From Kofleriaceae bacterium (lineage in GTDB: Bacteria; Myxococcota_A; Polyangia; Haliangiales; Haliangiaceae), in contig JBKJLC010000223.1 of NCBI GenBank assembly GCA_046597055.1, forward strand, positions 1 to 13,543: DNA of 13,543 bases. Reading direction: 5' to 3'. Below are positions 8,501 through 13,543 of the stretch, in pieces. The translations under genes were made by a program, and so were the position numbers. How positions within the stretch are numbered: position 1 is the first letter of the stretch; the number at the start of each line of letters is the position of its first letter. The notes beneath the pieces are model-generated. The model made no database searches and had not been told where the DNA came from. It saw nothing but the letters and a program-made list of their open reading frames with translations.

Positions 8501-8517
8501 CTGGCCACGCTCTTGCT
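8501..8517 (+). promoter_or_regulatory. Sigma-54 (-24/-12) promoter for the beta-propeller gene
   Basis: CTGGCCACGCTCTTGCT has TGGC and TTGCT with exact GG-N10-GC spacing (GG 8503-8504, GC 8515-8516). Confidence 0.6.
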
Positions 8518-8529
8518 TCAGCGGTCGGC

Positions 8530-10584
8530 ATGAGCCTAACCATCGCTCGCGCGTTCACGCTCGCGCTGTGCGGGATCGGGCTGGCCGCCTGCGCCAGCGA
8601 CGAACCGCACGCCATCTCCCGGACCACCGAGCTGGTCCAGTACGACTCGTGCCTCAGCCTCGAGGGCGACCTCAAGCGAGTCCTCATCCAGGAGGTCGAG
8701 GCCAACATCGATCGCGCCAGCGACCCACGCTGGGGCAGTCCGGAGGACTCCGCCGGCGACCCCGCCAGCGGCGACAGCGGCGGCGGTCGCGAGGAGGGCG
8801 TCGACTACTCCGGGACCAACAACCAGGAGGGCGGCGTCGACGAGGCCGACTTCGTCAAGACCGACGGCTACCACCTCTACACGATCAACGGCAACCGGCT
8901 GCACGTGTTCGGCGTGCCCACGTTCGGCACCCTGGTGCCCGAGAGCGAGACCGAGCTCGAGGGTCATCCGCAGCAGATGCTGCTCGACGGCGACAAGGTC
9001 GCGGTGTTCTCCACGATCAGCGTCGGCACCCTGCCCGTGGGCCATCCGCTGCGGGCCCTGGTCGGCCGCAGCGACCAGGACGACGGCAACTGGTACTGGC
9101 GCAGCGACATCCTCACCAAGCTGACCATCCTCGACCTCGCCGACCGGACCGCGCCCCGGCTGGTCCGCGAGCTGTACCTCGAGGGCTGGTACCAGACCGC
9201 GCGCGAGGTCGACGGCTCGGTCCGCCTCGGCGCGTACAGCTCGATCAACACGCCGTGGAACTGGTGGCGCTTCTGGGACCAGGCCAACCAGGATCCGGTC
9301 CGCGCCAAGCGGCTCGCCCGGCGCCAGATCAGCGCGATGTCGCTCGACGACCTGCTGCCCAACCTCTACGTCCGCAGCCCGGACGGCGCGATCGCGACCC
9401 GGGCCCTGGTCGGCACCGCGTGCCAGTCGTGGTACCGCCCGACCGACAGCCACGCCCACGGCGTCACCTCGATCGTCTCGGTCGACCTGCGCTCGGCCGA
9501 CCTGCGGGTCGAGTCCGATCACGTCATCACCAACTGGTCGACGCTCTACGCCTCGACCGACACGCTGGTCCTCACCGAGGCCGCCCACGACTGGTGGTGG
9601 TTCTACCGGTGGGACGGCGATCCCGAGCAGCTCAACGTCCACGCGTTCGACATCTCGACGCCCGGCCGCACCCGCTACCTCGCCTCGGGCCGGGTCGAGG
9701 GCTACCTCACCGATCAGTTCGCGATCGACGAGCAGGATGGCTACCTGCGGCTGGCGACCACGACCAACCTGTGGCGACGCTGGTGGCTCGACAATGACGA
9801 TCAGGCCCCGCCCGAGACCCACGTCTGGGTGCTGTCGCAGCTCGGGACCCAGCTGCGCACGGTCGGGCACCTCGACGGCATCGCGCCCGGCGAGCGCCTG
9901 TTCGCGGCCCGGTTCATGTCGGACCGCGCGTACCTGGTCACCTTCGAGCAGATCGATCCGCTGTTCACGATCGACCTGACCGACCCGGTGCAGCCGCGGG
10001 TGGTCGGCGAGCTCGAGATCCCCGGGTTCTCGACCTACCTGCACCCGATCGCCGACGGCAAGCTGCTGTCGATCGGCGTCGGCGGCGACGCCAACGGGGC
10101 CAACTGGCGCACCCAGGTCTCGCTGTTCGACGCCAGCGACATGGCGATGCCGAAGCTCGATGACGTCGAGGTCCTCGAGAACGACGGCGGCTGGGGCTGG
10201 TCCGAGGCGATGTGGGAGCACAAGGCGTTCCAGTACTGGGCGCCCAAGGGCCTGCTCGCGATCCCGATGACGAGCTACGCCAACGACTACGACCCGCAGA
10301 CCGGCCGCTACAACTACCGCTACCTGAGCCGGCTCGAGCTCATCAACGTCGACCTGGCGACCGGCCTGTCGCGGCGCGGCTCGATCGACCACTCGGCCTA
10401 CTACAACAGCGACCCCGATCACTACTGGTACTACCGCGACGTCCGCCGCTCGATCTTCATGGGCGACTACGTCTACGCGATCAGCGACCGCGCGATCACG
10501 GTGCACCGGGTCAGCGACCTCGGCCAGGTCGCGGCCGAGCGCCTGCCCGGCTACGACCAGGCCGACTTTTACTGGTGGTGGTGA
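8530..10584 (+). CDS. Beta-propeller domain lipoprotein (Beta_propel / PF09826-like)
   Basis: Signal peptide with lipobox LAA-C. Family hallmarks YSGTNNQEGGVDEADFVKTDG, GRVEGYLTDQFAIDEQDGYLRLATT, GERLFAARF...AYLVTFEQIDPLFTIDL...GELEIPGFSTYLHP, SEAMWEHKAF, VRRSIFMGDYVYAIS. Confidence 0.9.
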   Translation: MSLTIARAFTLALCGIGLAACASDEPHAISRTTELVQYDSCLSLEGDLKRVLIQEVEANIDRASDPRWGSPEDSAGDPASGDSGGGREEGVDYSGTNNQEGGVDEADFVKTDGYHLYTINGNRLHVFGVPTFGTLVPESETELEGHPQQMLLDGDKVAVFSTISVGTLPVGHPLRALVGRSDQDDGNWYWRSDILTKLTILDLADRTAPRLVRELYLEGWYQTAREVDGSVRLGAYSSINTPWNWWRFWDQANQDPVRAKRLARRQISAMSLDDLLPNLYVRSPDGAIATRALVGTACQSWYRPTDSHAHGVTSIVSVDLRSADLRVESDHVITNWSTLYASTDTLVLTEAAHDWWWFYRWDGDPEQLNVHAFDISTPGRTRYLASGRVEGYLTDQFAIDEQDGYLRLATTTNLWRRWWLDNDDQAPPETHVWVLSQLGTQLRTVGHLDGIAPGERLFAARFMSDRAYLVTFEQIDPLFTIDLTDPVQPRVVGELEIPGFSTYLHPIADGKLLSIGVGGDANGANWRTQVSLFDASDMAMPKLDDVEVLENDGGWGWSEAMWEHKAFQYWAPKGLLAIPMTSYANDYDPQTGRYNYRYLSRLELINVDLATGLSRRGSIDHSAYYNSDPDHYWYYRDVRRSIFMGDYVYAISDRAITVHRVSDLGQVAAERLPGYDQADFYWWW

Positions 10585-10723
10585 CCCGGCGGCCGGCACT
10601 CCCGGCGCTGGTGCGCTGATATCGCACCCATCCTGGCGACCCGGGTATCCAGGGCGGCACCCCACAAACCACGGGTGGATGGCTGGCGGGTCCGCCGGTA
10701 GCCGTGCTTGATTCGAACTCTCC

Positions 10724-11821
10724 GTGTCAGGTCCTGTTCCGTCGGTCCGCCGCATCCCGTCGCTCGACGGCCTGCGGGCCATCTCGATCGCGCTGGTGTT
10801 GCTCTCGCACCTGCTGGGGACGCGGGGCTTCCCGGTCGGCGACCGCGCGCTCGGCGCGATCGGCGACTTCGGCTACCTCGCGGTGCGGGTGTTCTTCGTG
10901 ATCTCGGGCTACCTGATCACGAGCCTGCTCATCCACGAGCACCAGAAGACCGGCACGATCTCGCTGCGCGGGTTCTACGCCCGGCGGTGCTGGCGCATCT
11001 TCCCGGCGTTCTACACGTTCGTGGCCGCGATGTGCCTGGCCTCGGTGGTCGGCTCGCTCGCGCTCTATCGCGGCGACGTGCTGGCCGCGGTCACGTACAC
11101 GATGAACTACCACTACGAGCGCTCGTGGGAGCTCGGCCACATCTGGTCGCTGTCGATCGAGGAGCAGTTCTACCTGCTGTGGCCGGCGCTGGTCCTGCTC
11201 GGCGGTCGCCAGCGGATCATCCCGATCTCGATCGCGATGATCGCGCTCGCCCCGGTGCTGCGCGGGATCGCCTGGTTCGTCGCCCCCTACCCCGACGACG
11301 TGATCATGGAGGCGTACCCGTGCGTGATGGACGCGATCGCGACCGGCTGCCTGCTGGCCGCGATCCGTCCGCGCCTCGACGGCCACGCGCGCTACCAGCG
11401 CTTCCTGCGCTCGCCGATGTTCCTGCTGGTGCCGCTCGCGGTCGCCGGGTTCAACCTGCCGATGTGGTTCCCGGTCGAGTACACGCTCAACATCAGCGTG
11501 ATGAACGTGGGGATCGCGCTGATCGTCGACCGCTGTGTCCGGGTCCCGGACGACCTGGTCGGCCGCTTCCTCAACTGGGCGCCGGTGGTCTGGGTCGGGA
11601 CCCTGTCCTACTCGCTGTACCTGTGGCAGGAGCCGTTCCTGAACCACCTCGCGAAGTCCGAGGTCAACCGGTTCCCGATCAACCTCGTGCTCGCGGTCGC
11701 CTGCGCGTGCGCGTCGTACTACCTGGTCGAGAAGCCGTTCCTGGCCTGGCGCGACCAGCGGGCCCGGCGCGCCCGCGAGCGGGCCGAGCCCACCGCGCCG
11801 CCCGCGGGCCCGGCACCCTGA
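10724..11821 (+). CDS. Acyltransferase family 3 (OafA/YrhL-like O-acyltransferase), standalone membrane domain
   Basis: RIPSLDGLRAISIALVLLSH, GYLAVRVFFVISGYLIT, FYARRCWRIFP, HIWSLSIEEQFYLLWP, GTLSYSLYLW, SYYLVEKPF; no fused SGNH domain. Confidence 0.93.
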   Translation: MSGPVPSVRRIPSLDGLRAISIALVLLSHLLGTRGFPVGDRALGAIGDFGYLAVRVFFVISGYLITSLLIHEHQKTGTISLRGFYARRCWRIFPAFYTFVAAMCLASVVGSLALYRGDVLAAVTYTMNYHYERSWELGHIWSLSIEEQFYLLWPALVLLGGRQRIIPISIAMIALAPVLRGIAWFVAPYPDDVIMEAYPCVMDAIATGCLLAAIRPRLDGHARYQRFLRSPMFLLVPLAVAGFNLPMWFPVEYTLNISVMNVGIALIVDRCVRVPDDLVGRFLNWAPVVWVGTLSYSLYLWQEPFLNHLAKSEVNRFPINLVLAVACACASYYLVEKPFLAWRDQRARRARERAEPTAPPAGPAP

Positions 11822-11885
11822 CGGAACCAGCCGCGCTCGAGCTCGATATTTCGTGACCCGGGAGCGCCGTGGCGGCTGCGGTGGT

Positions 11886-11914
11886 TTGCACCCAACAGCC
11901 ACGAGAGGTACGGT
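11886..11914 (+). promoter_or_regulatory. Sigma-70 promoter of the Deg protease gene
   Basis: TTGCAC (11886-11891) - 17 nt - TACGGT (11909-11914), 8 nt before ATG 11923. Confidence 0.6.
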
Positions 11915-11922
11915 CGAAGGTC

Positions 11923-13323
11923 ATGGCGTATCCCGAAGTCGTGCGCGTCTTTGCCACCACGCAGGAGCCGGACTACGACGCGCCCTGGCAGACCCGCAAC
12001 CCCTCGTCCTCGACGGGCTCGGGGGTCGTCATCGCGGGCGGCGCGATCCTGACCGGGGCCCACGTCGTCGCCGACGCGACGTTCCTGCAGATCCAGAAGC
12101 CGTCGCATCCCGACAAGGCCATCGCCCGGGTTCGCGCGGTCAACCACGACTGCGACCTCGCGCTGCTCGAGGTGGTCGAGCCCGCCCACTTCCTCGACGA
12201 CGTCCCCCCGGCCGAGATCGGCGACATGCCCAAGCTGCGCGATCAGGTCGCGGTGATCGGGTATCCGGTCGGCGGCGAGGAGATCTCGATCACCGAGGGC
12301 GTGGTCTCCCGTATCGAGGTCCAGCGCTACAGCCACTCGCAGCGTCACCTCCTGGCCGTGACGGTCGACGCCGCGATCAACGCCGGCAACAGCGGTGGCC
12401 CGGTGTTCGGCGGCGGCAAGGTGGTCGGCATCGCGTTCCAGAAGCTCACCGGCGTCGACAACATCGGCGAGATGGTCCCGCCGCCGGTCATCCGCGCGTT
12501 CCTGGCCGGGGTCGGCACCGGCAAGCGCCCCGAGATCCCGGCGCTCGGCATCCAGACCCAGAACCTCGAGAACATGCTCCTGCGCAAGCGCCTGGGCGTG
12601 CCCGAGGGCGTGTCGGGCGTGATGGTGATCCACGTCGACCACAACGGCGCCGCCGATGGCGTGCTCGCGCCGCGCGATGTGATCACGCACGTCGACGGCC
12701 TGGCGATCGCCAGCAACGGCACCGTGCGCTGGGACGAGCGCCACCGGACCCGCTACGACGTCGTGCTCGGCACCCACTACGTCGGCGACACCGTGCCGCT
12801 GCGGGTGATGCACGCCGGCGTGGCCCGCGAGGTCGAGGTGACGCTGGCGCCGTACCAGCCGCTGGTGCCGCGCTCGCGCTACGACCATCCGCCCCGCTAC
12901 TTCGTGTACGGCGGGCTGGTGTTCCAGACCCTGACCCGCGACTTCCTGTCGACCTGGGACAAGTGGTGGAACAAGGCGCCCAAGGAGTTCCTGAACTACT
13001 ACTACATGGGCGTGCGCACCGCGCAGCGGCACGAGGTCGTGATCCTGACGCAGATCCTCGCCGACGAGATCAACGTCGGCTACGGCCACCTCTACAACGA
13101 GGGGGTCGCCAGCGTGAACGGCGCGATCCCGCGCGACCTCGCCGACTTCGTCGAGCGCGTGAGCGCGGTGCGCGGCCTGGTCGAGATCACGACCACCTCG
13201 GGCGGCGTGATCATGTTCGACAGCGAGGACGTCGCCCGCGCCACGCCGCGCATCCTGAACCGCTACCGGATCCCCAACGACCGGTCGGTCGACATCGCGC
13301 CGCCAGCCTCGAACGCCGGGTAA
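11923..13323 (+). CDS. HtrA/Deg serine protease with PDZ domains, plant Deg2/Deg9-type, no signal peptide
   Basis: PDYDAPWQ...GSGVVI, triad LTGAHVV / DCDLALL / AAINAGNSGGP, PDZ region, second PDZ-like PRYFVYGGLVFQTLT and VVILTQILADEINVGY. ATG 11923 chosen for promoter fit (track start GTG 11869). Confidence 0.92.
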   Translation: MAYPEVVRVFATTQEPDYDAPWQTRNPSSSTGSGVVIAGGAILTGAHVVADATFLQIQKPSHPDKAIARVRAVNHDCDLALLEVVEPAHFLDDVPPAEIGDMPKLRDQVAVIGYPVGGEEISITEGVVSRIEVQRYSHSQRHLLAVTVDAAINAGNSGGPVFGGGKVVGIAFQKLTGVDNIGEMVPPPVIRAFLAGVGTGKRPEIPALGIQTQNLENMLLRKRLGVPEGVSGVMVIHVDHNGAADGVLAPRDVITHVDGLAIASNGTVRWDERHRTRYDVVLGTHYVGDTVPLRVMHAGVAREVEVTLAPYQPLVPRSRYDHPPRYFVYGGLVFQTLTRDFLSTWDKWWNKAPKEFLNYYYMGVRTAQRHEVVILTQILADEINVGYGHLYNEGVASVNGAIPRDLADFVERVSAVRGLVEITTTSGGVIMFDSEDVARATPRILNRYRIPNDRSVDIAPPASNAG

Positions 13324-13328
13324 GTCCC

Positions 13329-13349
13329 CCGGACGGTCGGCCCGTCTGG
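13329..13349. terminator. Weak hairpin between convergent genes
   Basis: CCGGACGG-tcggc-CCGTCTGG, 8-bp stem with one G-U, 5 nt after the protease stop; no U-tract. Confidence 0.3.
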
Positions 13350-13396
13350 CTCGGCGACGGCTCAGGCCTTCGCGGTCGCCGCAGCCGGCGCGGGCA

Positions 13397-13543
13397 CTAC
13401 GGCGCGGCCGGCGCGGGGGCTGCCACCGGCGTGGTCTCGACCAGCGGCAGGCCCATCTTCTGGCTCCACCACAGCAGGCCGGTCACCAGCTGGCGGCGAT
13501 CGTCCACGAACGACGGCTTCTTGCCTTCGAACGCGTGGCCCAC
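13397..13543 (-). CDS. DUF962/Mpo1-like protein, 3' end only
   Basis: Hand translation VGHAFEGKKPSFVDDRRQLVTGLLWWSQKMGLPLVETTPVAAPAPAAP*; GHxFEGKKPSF is the family's C-terminal motif. Confidence 0.8.
   Translation of the reverse strand: MGHAFEGKKPSFVDDRRQLVTGLLWWSQKMGLPLVETTPVAAPAPAAP

Noticed and set aside
8392..8508. Extended N-terminus of the RlmN-like ORF
   Set aside because: It covers the divergent promoter region; the -10 element supports ATG 8391.
10585..10723. ncRNA or sigma-54 promoter between the beta-propeller and acyltransferase genes
   Set aside because: Only short GC hairpins (e.g. GGTGCG-N7-CGCACC) expected by chance; the GG...TTGA spacing does not fit -24/-12.

Overview
High-GC bacterial chromosomal window (roughly 70% or more by eye); gene content and style suggest Myxococcota (inference). 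It holds 13 CDS. Minus strand: a CPBP membrane protease (partial), gltX, and a translationally coupled BlaI-family repressor / M56 (BlaR1-like) peptidase / DsbA-family lipoprotein operon. Then a divergent Gtt2-like GST (+), a DMT-like membrane protein and a divergent RlmN-like radical SAM enzyme (-), a beta-propeller lipoprotein, an AT3 acyltransferase and a plant Deg2/9-type HtrA protease (+), and a DUF962/Mpo1-like 3' end (-). The standout is the BlaI-M56-DsbA unit. It has its own BlaI/MecI-type operator and intrinsic terminator, and the M56 C-terminal sensor is a six-cysteine, EF-hand domain rather than a penicillin-binding domain. This suggests a possible periplasmic disulfide-, Ca2+- or metal-sensing feedback circuit. 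Also notable: an in-frame palindromic insertion with 13-bp direct repeats in the repressor tail, several leaderless-type promoters, a sigma-54 promoter with an upstream palindrome, and recurrent GC-GNA-GC mini-hairpins. No tRNA, rRNA, CRISPR array or transposase was seen.
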